A DNA stretch of 64,000 bases from an uncultured Ignavibacteriales bacterium (GTDB lineage: Bacteria; Zixibacteria; MSB-5A5; GN15; FEB-12): the NCBI GenBank assembly GCA_964371785.1, contig CAYJOL010000002.1, positions 21,534-85,533 on the forward strand, given 5' to 3'. Positions 26,791-36,034 of this stretch are shown here, piece after piece. Under the pieces are notes generated by a model. That model worked only from the letters and a program-made list of their open reading frames with translations. It did no database searches and was not told where the DNA came from. Both the position numbers and the translations under genes were made by a program. The first letter of the stretch is position 1. Every line of letters starts with the position of its first letter.

Positions 26791-29700
26791 TCCTCAGGGG
26801 GATTCAGATACGTTCTTCTTATTACTCTTGTGGGGAGCTCTGGGACTGCCCCAGATACCTTGCTATTCCTACCAGTATAGATTATGTGTTTTCTTCCAGT
26901 GTCCTTAGCGTATTGCCGCTGAGTCTGTATCTGCCTTGTGTTGTCAACTCTCCTGCTATTCTTGATTTCAACAACGGATTTAGCATCCAAATGATCGGGA
27001 ACAGAACTTTTGCCGTCGGCGCTGATCTTAGTAGTATTCTTTGTCAATCCTTCTTTCTGAATGGCTTCACTTTCCTTAATCAATCCGCGCTTCATTGGAC
27101 TGACCTCTGATGCCCCACTGACTGCGGCCCCCGAAAGTGCCTTGTTTGTACCGTACATAAAGCTAACTGCTCCCCCCGCAGCCAGCATCCTTTGAACTAC
27201 TGTTTCGCCCGTACTCATCTCAGTGTAGTCACCCTCTTGAGTCGGGGCTTGTACATAACTCGCATCGTTTAGGACGTAGGAGAACGCGGCAGCGAGCGCC
27301 CCTAAAAACAACAGAGCCGGACACTGTCCATTAGGATCAACAAAGTTCATCGGATTGTCTAGTGTATACGCATAAGGACTCCAGGCAGGATATTCGTTGG
27401 CCAAAGGATCGACCGACAAAAACCGACGCATAAGTGGATCATAATACCGAGCGCCAAAGTAATCTAGCTCCATGCTCAACTCGGGGTCAAGCTCTTTTCC
27501 AGTATACTCGAATCGATTCGCGTCGGTCACCGTGCGACGGAGGGTTATCCCATAGGGCCGGTACTGATACCAGTTCTTCAGTTGTCCGGTTCCGTCAACT
27601 GTGGCCACCACTGAACCAAGTTGATCCGACATGAAGTACCGGACATCAGCAGCTGTCGTCTTGAAAGACGCTTCCCTTTGTCCGTTCACGTAGACGTAGT
27701 TGTTGATCAAAGTGCTGGTTTGGGAACCGGAGTAATCCGCCAGTATGTTGTCCCCAAAGTAGTAGTAGCCGGTGTAAACGTTTGCCCACGCATAACAGTA
27801 GGTCGGTGTCACGTCCAAAACAAACATTGGACTGAACAACCTGAAGTATCTTCGCGGCCCAGTGAGTAGATCATTTCCCACGCGAAAGTTAGTCGCAGCG
27901 CAATCGACGTCCGCAAGGAATGGACCATCAACCGAGATATCATCTGTGCCGCCAATCGGCACCGGATCGATTGGGTCATTCTCATCGCATTCGTACCGAT
28001 AGCGATATCGGTACTTTTTCGCTATTCGTTGACCTTCGGAGTTGTACCAGTAGTCGACGATACTCGTGGTCGTATATAGCCCTGGAGCTGTTCTTTGCCT
28101 GAGTTCCTCTCGATCATTGTATATGAAATTCATCGACTTGTTATCATATCGCGACAGAGCACCAGATGGTGTGTATTGTAGGCAGGAGGCACCCGGATAC
28201 ACTCCTGATATCTGCTCCAGTCGATTGCTGTTCGGGTAGTACGTATAATCAGCGACCACTGAATCAGTCTCTGAGAGGAGCGCATCTATATTGCCATTAT
28301 CGTCGTATGTGTACTTAAGAGGTGATAGTGGGTTGAGACCTTCATAGGACTCACCTACAAGACGTCCTGCACCGTCGTACGCATAGTGCTGAGTGACATC
28401 TGTTGTTCCGCTTCCCGGACTGACGGTCAATCGGTATGATGCGATATTGCCGGTGAAATAGCCTGACGGGAATTCGCATTCGTCTGCGCAATCCCCTTGA
28501 TATCCTCCCTGCGTGTACTGAAGCTGCAGAGCGAAATGATCCTCTGGACCAGAGGTTTGATCGGAGACCATTCCGCTATTGATAGACGTCAGCCAACCAC
28601 GACAGTTATAATCATAATCCACGGTCTGTCTTGGAAGCACTGTCCCGACTCGCTTCTGTTTCACCCTCCCGGTGGGCCAGTACGTGTAAGCGAGCTTGAG
28701 ATAACCGTCTGCATCCGTCACGTTTTCCACTTGTCCCGATCTGTCGTATTCGTACACGATAGACTTCCCGTTGGGATAAGTGGTACCGGTAATCTGCTGC
28801 TGTTTGTTATATGTAGCCTCCACAGTCTTTTGAAGTGAAGCGTCTATCACGCTAACAAACTGGTCCGCGCGCACTTCGTTTCCATATACATCGTATTGAT
28901 AAGACGACCATGATGCAGAATCCGGAAATCCGTTGTGATAGTGTATCGACTTTGTGAGTTGACCGGCACCGTATTTGCCTTCATCATACTCGTACTTGGA
29001 CAGGGTCTTTCGACCAGCTGCTTCTTCTTCTGGATAATCAGGATCGGTCTCAGCTAAGGCCCAAGCTAACATATCACATACTACTCCCTCTTCGACGACC
29101 CGTTGGTGCGTATCATATTTGTAGTACCGGAAGGTAGCGGTGGGAAGCCCCGTCGCGGACAATGTCATGCGGCGATTTCCCATAACATCATACATGTAAT
29201 AATCGTTGCCTCTATCTGCACTCGAATTAACGATTAGCCAGCTGTTGTTCAGATGCACCTGTACGACTCGATCTCCTGCCGGTTTTACAATCGAGTCGAC
29301 ATACCCATTGAAATCTCGATAGAATAAGGTCCTTATATTCAATCCAGTCGTGCTGGAATCCTGAACGGTAGCCACGACCTTCCCTGTCTTGTCTTTGTAG
29401 GTGAACGTAGCGTAGCCATCCTCATCGGTGACCTTTTCAGAGAAGAGGTTGTTTGGTCCAGAGAATACTGGATCAAGGCCTGCCAATATGCCCTCGCTAT
29501 GGCCATAGCTGAAAGTCCTTGGCTTATCCCTAAACACCCCTTCGGCGCGAGTAGCTGTAAGTCTCCTCAAGGGATCGGCCGAATAACTCGATTGGGTATA
29601 CGGGGCGAAATAACCTGAAGGTGTTCTACAATCTGGTGTCTGTGCCGAGTTATAATATGCATACAGCCTGCTCTGATCACTAAGTACTTCGCCGGGTGAC

Positions 29701-32700
29701 CAGTCGTACATAACGCCGCTTATGAGATAGGAGTCTATATAATCAAAAGGATTAGTACTGTCACTTATCACGCCAAAATCTACATCGCCATAGCCGTCCG
29801 ACATTAGCACTGGTATTGGCAGAAACGTTGCCTCGCTCCGTCCGTCAAGCGTATTCGTACCACCACTTACAATTATATCGGTTCCATCGAATTGTTGAGT
29901 CTGCTTTACTATACCGAAGGCATTGACAAAATACGACGTCACTTCAGGATCGCTGTAAAACGCAATGTTATCGACCCAGAGTTTGTGTTGCCCCACCTCA
30001 ATGTCGCCAGGGTGTTTCAGTCGAAACTTGAGAAAGCTTAAATCATCAATCATTTGGCCCGCCAGCTTGACATGGTATACGCATTCTCCGTTGTAGAAAA
30101 AGAAGAGATTGTCTTCAATCTTGCCGACCATAAACCGCCTTTTTCCTTCGGCGTTAATCTCGACCCAGGGGCCGTAGAGATCCTTATTTGTTAGTATATT
30201 CGTTGGATTGTCATAATCACCGTTGTACTGGAAAACGTAAAACTTGCCTTCATACGTGTTATTAGTGCGACAGATAGCAAGACCGTACCCCTGCCCTGAG
30301 TGATTCTCAAATCCGAACCACAAGTCTGTACGATATAATGGATTATCTGGGGGCTGATTGGTCGCCCCTGTCGTGGAGCTATCTGAAAAATCGAATGCAA
30401 AAAAACCATCTGCAAAAGGTGCTAGGGGAATTTTGACATCACGATAATCATCAATATCTTCCCCGGCAAAACTCATTCGCTCTTGATAATCGATTGTTCC
30501 ACCCGAGCCAGACACTTCATAGCCGTGCGGCGTTGGATCCGATGACAATGCGGTCACAGCACCCTGCCGGCTGAAGTTCTCAATGAAACCAATTCCTCTT
30601 GAGGCAAACATGTGCTCCACGTTTGGCAGATCCCGGCGATATTTTCCCGGTGATTGCGTCGGAAAAAGAGCTTCTGTCGACTTATAAAATGTCTCTTTAC
30701 CGGATAGCGGGTTCCACTCAAGATCGGCCGTGGCACAAGCGTAGCCGTATTGGTCATAGTATTTTCTAACTGGGATGTTTGCCTCGTCGGACGTCGCAAT
30801 GACTCTGCCCAAATCGTCATAACTCCACGACTTGACTATGCAATCAATCGGACGAATGCGTACGTCATCGATATACATTTCATCCTGAGCACCACCAGCG
30901 TAACACGCAATCCATTGACCCAGGGCAACGTGTAAAGTGCACGCGATATGCTGCCACTCAAATGGAGTCTCAGCGATCCTCTGAATCGAATCAACAACAC
31001 CGAAGTCAGAATATACTATAAACGTAAAACTCAAGGAGTTCGCATTGGACGAGAATAGCCACGCGTCCGCAACATAGTCTCCAGCAGGGACATTCACGAG
31101 TTCCCCGGAGAAGGCGTAGTGTCCGCCTCCAAAATCATAGGCTCCACCGCGTCCCGAGAAGCCGCAACTCAACGGCAATTCAAACCAATTCCAAGAAACA
31201 GGTTGGGTAGCCCCATCGTCCACACTCTCGCCAGTGAATATGCCAAAATTCCTAGAGTCTACATCTTCGAACTCGGCCTCTAGTCCGAATCTATTGTAAA
31301 TCCGCGCTGTTAACACTCCATCCGGTCTCCGAACTTGAGTAGCATTACCATAGCGGTCCACATCTTCGGTGATCGTTGAGATAAATTCATTATTGTAGTC
31401 GATCTGGTGATCACTGTTTTTGTCGATCCATTGCCTCACTTCGGATTGATAGAATAAGCTGTCACCTCCGCGTCTATTCTGCGATGGGAAATCGCTTCTA
31501 TACTGAAATTGTGTGAATTGCTGGTTGGTCCTTACGCCACCCGAATCCTTTTCAACGAGTTCAAAATCCTTAGCCATTAAGAAATAGGCCCTTCTCATAG
31601 CATTCGGAAAATCTTCACAGTCTCCAGCCAATTTGTCCGGCATGGAGAGCGGACATGTGGCATACGATGTTGTTGTGACAGACTGATAACCATTCAAATC
31701 GACAGACTTTGTCAGTAGGCGGTATGGGAAATTGTCCTCGTATGTATAGTGAGTCGCAGTACCAACACCGTCGTTGCGCTCGACGACAGAGTCAAGCACT
31801 ACCCAGTAGGAGCACCCAAGGGTATCCGCATAGGATCCATCGGGGCGCAAGAACCGTTCTCCGAACGGGTAGAACGAATCGTCTTGATATAGATTGGCTT
31901 TCGCGCTGGGCCAGCGATAATACTGCTGGCTGAAGTTAATCTCGTGGCCTGCTTGATTCTTGAAAATGGTCCTGTAAAGTAGACCCTGAATAGGCGAGTT
32001 ATCTAGAAAATATCCGTAGTATGTGCTGAAAATCGAGTTTTGTCCAGAAAACTGATCCAGAAGCATTGTCAAGAGCACATCCTGCGAGGTCGAATCTGAA
32101 GTGAGGTAGTAATACTCCGCAGATCCTTTACCCGGCAAAAGCCATGTAATCACGGGGTATTGAATTTGATGTGAAACGTTGTCAGAGAGAAAAGTAATGT
32201 ACTCGGTAGGCAGGTATGGCGCGCTAAAATCAAAAGTTCTACTACCAAGCGCATACATAAAGGAATGATAGTTGCCCGGCATACTTGTCGGATGACCAAT
32301 TCCATCATTTGTTTGAGAGCCAGGGTCGTACACTCCGTACTTCAAATTGATTGTTTCGGTTCCTGCCATGTCTCTATTGATGGACGGAACAGCGGTATTT
32401 GTGTCGAAGTTTGTCGTGATCGATTTTACCCGGCATCCGCCGCCGTAATGATGGTGCCCATCAAGAATGTACTCGTCCGACTCGTATTCGTAGGCATAGG
32501 TCAATCCTTCCGGCGTGGTCATTGACGTGAGTGACCATGCCTGCGGATAAATGTAATTGTATCCGAAGAATTCCCGATCCCCCCACGCTTTGTGAACGAA
32601 GTCACTCAACGTATCGAGCCAAAGTTGACTTTTCAGCTGGTCTATCGTCGGATTCTCATAGCCTCCGACAAGGGCTGGATGCACCTCATCATCCTTCCCA

Positions 32701-34274
32701 TATATCCAATTTGTATAACTCCTGAAATAGATGCTCTTGTTTAGCATGTAGCTTGAAGATTTGTCTAGTGTCGTGTCATAGGAAAAAGAGTACCTCTTCT
32801 TGTATCCATTGCTGAAACGCTCCCTGGCTTCCACAGTAAATTCCGGAGACTCCGGGTCAGGTGATTGAGAATATTGATTGTCCGTACCGATGGTTATGCT
32901 TCGGAGGGTCGGTTCGCCATGTCTTTCAAGGTCTGACCTGTCACACTCTGTCTCCTCCATCTCGAAATACTGGTGCCATTTTGTTTTGAGAGGACTAACA
33001 CCGGGCATCTCGTAATTGAATGTCGCCTGGTAGTAAGTTTCTGATGATAGTGGTGAGCGACCTTTCACGGTAAACCGGCTTAAGACGTAATCCTTTTTCC
33101 GCGACGACAAGTTGTCGCCCGAACGCCAGAATCTAATTGTTCGAAACTTGTCCACTGTCGTCAATTCGAAGTTCACTCTGACGTTAGGAGTTACGATAGA
33201 CTTGAGATAAGTTACTTCCGTAGTATCATAGCGACTCGCGATATGGTCCAGATTTATGCAGTCCCAGTCGGACATGAAAAGCGTATCTATATCCGGAACA
33301 CTAGTACTTGTATCGTGGTATTTGAATGCCACATACCATCCCCTGACTGGTTCAAAATCATCCGTCGGGTCTAGTGGAGTGCCACCGCCATCAACATAAT
33401 CGCGACTCAAGATTTCGGTGAGTACCCATTCACTCGTCTCAAGATAGTCCTTATAGTACACCAGGGTATTGTCACCCAGCTCTGGAAAAGAGGAAATGAA
33501 GTCGAGTCGAGCTTCTCCGACAGAACTGCTTTTTAGCCCCAACCTGAATATGTACTTCGTCGCATTCTCGTCGATCAGCACAAAGTAGTTGTATTTGAAA
33601 TAGTACCAGTTGTCGCTAATAATATCTGTGCCTCCGTAATATTCTCGTTGCGGAAAGATCGTTTCAGGGACGATCACGGTATCTGGAAGCTCCGGCGGCA
33701 ACGGATTAGTGATTGTCGTATCCATGGCAACTTCAGCATAAAGAGAGTCGCGTGTACCTGAGATCGGTACAAAGTGAGGATGGCCCATCGTACCAATATT
33801 CATGAATCGAATGCTACGCCCCGGAATAGTCACCTCATACATATCATTGACAAACAGACGCGTCTCCTTACTCAAGTATTCGAAACCATGGATATCGGCG
33901 CCATGAATTGTTACCCGCTTCACTGACCATCCCCCGAAATTCCAACCGAGTCCGACCCAGGAGGCGCTCTGGTCTACCTTTATTCCCGACTGATATGACA
34001 GATTTAGTGGTATGGGAATTGGGCCTGGAACCGTAAACAACGGAATGTTTACGCTTAGATCGCCTCCCGGCCCAACGTTGTTGTATTTCTGAACGGCTTC
34101 AATTCCGTTTGTGCCGACAAATCCAGACTCGCGCGGCAAGCTGAACGGGTGATTCGTAGGGGGGCCATCAGCTGCAATGCTGATATCTCCAACAAAACCC
34201 ACAGAACCAAGCAGAAATGCGATTGACAAAAGGCAACCCTGTAGCCTTCCAGACTGAACCAAACGTGATAACAT
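26787..34274 (-). CDS. Rhs/YD-repeat polymorphic toxin with TcB/SpvB-like N-terminus and PD-(D/E)xK nuclease-like C-terminal domain
   Basis: Signal peptide from MLSRLVQSG, with a GGGGGAA RBS 6 nt upstream. SpvB-like segment LSVNIPLFTVPG...LNLSYQSG...WVGLGWNF. YD repeats include YQYDVYGN, YEYDRSGQ, YAYDGAGRL and YTYDDNGN. Rhs core reads YTGKELD...YFGARYYDP..RRFLSVDP...FVDPNGQ. The 178-aa tail carries VPDHLD...VVEIKN...QIQTQ. Confidence 0.9.
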   Translation of the reverse strand: MLSRLVQSGRLQGCLLSIAFLLGSVGFVGDISIAADGPPTNHPFSLPRESGFVGTNGIEAVQKYNNVGPGGDLSVNIPLFTVPGPIPIPLNLSYQSGIKVDQSASWVGLGWNFGGWSVKRVTIHGADIHGFEYLSKETRLFVNDMYEVTIPGRSIRFMNIGTMGHPHFVPISGTRDSLYAEVAMDTTITNPLPPELPDTVIVPETIFPQREYYGGTDIISDNWYYFKYNYFVLIDENATKYIFRLGLKSSSVGEARLDFISSFPELGDNTLVYYKDYLETSEWVLTEILSRDYVDGGGTPLDPTDDFEPVRGWYVAFKYHDTSTSVPDIDTLFMSDWDCINLDHIASRYDTTEVTYLKSIVTPNVRVNFELTTVDKFRTIRFWRSGDNLSSRKKDYVLSRFTVKGRSPLSSETYYQATFNYEMPGVSPLKTKWHQYFEMEETECDRSDLERHGEPTLRSITIGTDNQYSQSPDPESPEFTVEARERFSNGYKKRYSFSYDTTLDKSSSYMLNKSIYFRSYTNWIYGKDDEVHPALVGGYENPTIDQLKSQLWLDTLSDFVHKAWGDREFFGYNYIYPQAWSLTSMTTPEGLTYAYEYESDEYILDGHHHYGGGCRVKSITTNFDTNTAVPSINRDMAGTETINLKYGVYDPGSQTNDGIGHPTSMPGNYHSFMYALGSRTFDFSAPYLPTEYITFLSDNVSHQIQYPVITWLLPGKGSAEYYYLTSDSTSQDVLLTMLLDQFSGQNSIFSTYYGYFLDNSPIQGLLYRTIFKNQAGHEINFSQQYYRWPSAKANLYQDDSFYPFGERFLRPDGSYADTLGCSYWVVLDSVVERNDGVGTATHYTYEDNFPYRLLTKSVDLNGYQSVTTTSYATCPLSMPDKLAGDCEDFPNAMRRAYFLMAKDFELVEKDSGGVRTNQQFTQFQYRSDFPSQNRRGGDSLFYQSEVRQWIDKNSDHQIDYNNEFISTITEDVDRYGNATQVRRPDGVLTARIYNRFGLEAEFEDVDSRNFGIFTGESVDDGATQPVSWNWFELPLSCGFSGRGGAYDFGGGHYAFSGELVNVPAGDYVADAWLFSSNANSLSFTFIVYSDFGVVDSIQRIAETPFEWQHIACTLHVALGQWIACYAGGAQDEMYIDDVRIRPIDCIVKSWSYDDLGRVIATSDEANIPVRKYYDQYGYACATADLEWNPLSGKETFYKSTEALFPTQSPGKYRRDLPNVEHMFASRGIGFIENFSRQGAVTALSSDPTPHGYEVSGSGGTIDYQERMSFAGEDIDDYRDVKIPLAPFADGFFAFDFSDSSTTGATNQPPDNPLYRTDLWFGFENHSGQGYGLAICRTNNTYEGKFYVFQYNGDYDNPTNILTNKDLYGPWVEINAEGKRRFMVGKIEDNLFFFYNGECVYHVKLAGQMIDDLSFLKFRLKHPGDIEVGQHKLWVDNIAFYSDPEVTSYFVNAFGIVKQTQQFDGTDIIVSGGTNTLDGRSEATFLPIPVLMSDGYGDVDFGVISDSTNPFDYIDSYLISGVMYDWSPGEVLSDQSRLYAYYNSAQTPDCRTPSGYFAPYTQSSYSADPLRRLTATRAEGVFRDKPRTFSYGHSEGILAGLDPVFSGPNNLFSEKVTDEDGYATFTYKDKTGKVVATVQDSSTTGLNIRTLFYRDFNGYVDSIVKPAGDRVVQVHLNNSWLIVNSSADRGNDYYMYDVMGNRRMTLSATGLPTATFRYYKYDTHQRVVEEGVVCDMLAWALAETDPDYPEEEAAGRKTLSKYEYDEGKYGAGQLTKSIHYHNGFPDSASWSSYQYDVYGNEVRADQFVSVIDASLQKTVEATYNKQQQITGTTYPNGKSIVYEYDRSGQVENVTDADGYLKLAYTYWPTGRVKQKRVGTVLPRQTVDYDYNCRGWLTSINSGMVSDQTSGPEDHFALQLQYTQGGYQGDCADECEFPSGYFTGNIASYRLTVSPGSGTTDVTQHYAYDGAGRLVGESYEGLNPLSPLKYTYDDNGNIDALLSETDSVVADYTYYPNSNRLEQISGVYPGASCLQYTPSGALSRYDNKSMNFIYNDREELRQRTAPGLYTTTSIVDYWYNSEGQRIAKKYRYRYRYECDENDPIDPVPIGGTDDISVDGPFLADVDCAATNFRVGNDLLTGPRRYFRLFSPMFVLDVTPTYCYAWANVYTGYYYFGDNILADYSGSQTSTLINNYVYVNGQREASFKTTAADVRYFMSDQLGSVVATVDGTGQLKNWYQYRPYGITLRRTVTDANRFEYTGKELDPELSMELDYFGARYYDPLMRRFLSVDPLANEYPAWSPYAYTLDNPMNFVDPNGQCPALLFLGALAAAFSYVLNDASYVQAPTQEGDYTEMSTGETVVQRMLAAGGAVSFMYGTNKALSGAAVSGASEVSPMKRGLIKESEAIQKEGLTKNTTKISADGKSSVPDHLDAKSVVEIKNSRRVDNTRQIQTQRQYAKDTGRKHIIYTGRNSKVSGAVPELPTRVIRRTYLNPPEE

Positions 34275-34335
34275 TACGACTTCCCCCGAATTGATGATTG
34301 AATGGCAAAGTGCCCTAACGCACCCTCTCCTCATT

Positions 34336-34364
34336 TATATAATTTAGACAAAATTGTCTGTCAA
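34336..34364 (-). promoter_or_regulatory. Sigma70-like promoter for the Rhs operon with an inverted repeat in the spacer
   Basis: On the minus strand: TTGACA (34364..34359), a 17-nt spacer, then TATATA (34341..34336). The inverted repeat AGACAA-AA-TTGTCT (34346..34359) lies in the spacer. The position supports the 34274 start over 34334. Confidence 0.4.
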
Positions 34365-34525
34365 GTCAGAATTTTCTGAGAAGTCAGGTTTCTGGGCTGA
34401 AACATCGACTCAGTCAGCACCGATGCTCGCCATTGAGTGGACTCGTCTGTTCCAAAACCGGATTTCACCTAACAATTGGGCTCCACTGAAACACCACAAC
34501 TAATGTATCTGAAGTTATTCTGGTC

Positions 34526-35795
34526 TGACCTTCCCCCAAAAAACCGGACAATTTGAGAGTAAAGTATTTGACTGAATGCGGATCTTCGAGAAGGAGGATA
34601 TTGCATGAGGAGGTCACGATTCACCGAACAGCGGATTGCCTATGCCCTTCGGCTGGCTGAGAAGGGGGCGCCTGCTGTGGAGGTCTGCCGCAAGCTGGGG
34701 TATCCGAGCCGGCCTTTTACGCCTGGAAGAAGAAGTACGCCAGGATGGGGATCACGGAGCAGCGCCGGGTCAAACAGCTGGAGGAAGAGAACCGGAAGGT
34801 CAAGAACTGGTTGCGGGTCTGAGCCTCGACAAGCAGATGCTGCAGGACGTTCTGTCAAAAGAGCTCTAAAGCCCGTGCGCAAACGCGAGACCGTGCAGAC
34901 CCTGACCGGACAGTATGGGGTAAGCAGTCGTCGCGCGTGCGGGCTGGTACAGCTGCATCGATCAACGTTTTATTACGTGTCCCACCGGCCGGGATGACTG
35001 GGCGTTGCGGATGCGATTGCGAAGGCTGGCGGCAGCAGACCCCGTTTCGGTTATTTGCGTTTGCATGTACGATTGCGCCGACAGGGCTGGCTGGTGAATC
35101 GGAAGCGGACCTATCGATTGTTCTGCGAGGAAGGATTGAGTGTGCGGACAAAGCACCGACGGAAACGGGCCAATCACTGCCGGGTGACACCGGTTCTCCC
35201 AGCCGCGCCGAATCAATGCTGGGGTATGGATTTTGTAGCCGATACCTTGGATGACGGACAGCGGTTCCGGGTATTGACTGTAGTCGATCTATTCACCAGA
35301 GAACGCCTGGGCATTGAAGCCGACTTCTCCCAGCCCGGTCGAAGGGTCACTGCTGTACTCGATCATCTCTCCACGACCCGCTGTCTGCCTCAGATCATTA
35401 CGGTGGACAACGGATCGGAGTATATTTCCAAAGTGATGGATTCCTGGGCCTATCGCCGGGGTGTACAACTCGATTTCATTCATCCCGGCCGACCCGTCGA
35501 AAACGCCCACATCGAGAGCTTCAACGGTCGACTTCGGGACGAATGCCTGAATGCCGAACTGTTCTTGAAATTGGAGGACGCCCGAAAGAAATCAGCTGAG
35601 TGGAAATCAGATAACAACAAGATCCGGCCGCACAGTTCTCTGAAGACCTTTCTCCTCTGGAATTCGCGGTCCAATGGAGTTCAACCAACCCGCAGGCAGT
35701 CGTATTCCCTAACCAGAAATTGGTCCAGTCCACGGCGTGAGGTCAAACTACGAAACCGTTAGGTTATGACTGGACCAAAGAATGGGGGAAGGTCA
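34526..35795 (+). mobile_element. IS3-family (IS407-group-like) insertion sequence, inactivated
   Basis: 1270 bp bounded by perfect 13-bp terminal inverted repeats: TGACCTTCCCCCA at 34526 and TGGGGGAAGGTCA ending at 35795. The internal orfAB is broken by several frameshifts. No target-site duplication is evident. Confidence 0.85.
34605..35762 (+). pseudogene. IS3-family transposase orfAB, multiply frameshifted
   Basis: Conserved segments are scattered over all three frames. These include RFTEQRIAYAL...CRKLG, SEPAFYAWKKKYARMGITEQRRVKQLEEENRKVK, LVAGLSLDKQMLQDVLSK and ALKPVRKRE...RRACGLV. Further downstream are DDWALRMRLRRLAAADP, RFGYLRLHVRLRRQGWLVNRKRTYRL...DNGSEY...ESFNGRLRDECLN...RPHSSL and EDLSPLEFA. 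Confidence 0.85.
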
Positions 35796-36034
35796 GTTGA
35801 AAAAGAGCTACTTCCATGTTCATCTGCAATTAGTCACTGCATATTTTCTCATTTGGCGCTAAATAACGGCAGGTTATAGGACGGACCACGCCCTACTAAG
35901 GCTTTTTCGGCAGGTCCCAAGCGATTGACCTCCCGTGCAAAGAAGGATATCGCAAGTTTCAAGTCGCCCAAACCATAGAGACGGGCATGCGGCAAGCAAA
36001 CTCGTCTCTTGGCAATGATTCACCGGGGTGACAT

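Noticed and set aside
34605-34997. A 130-aa ORF that looks like an intact IS3 orfA
   Set aside because: Only its first 32 or so residues and its last 45 or so are authentic transposase sequence. The middle is read out of frame; the conserved SEPAFYAWKKKY...LEEEN and LSLDKQMLQDVL segments lie in the other two frames.
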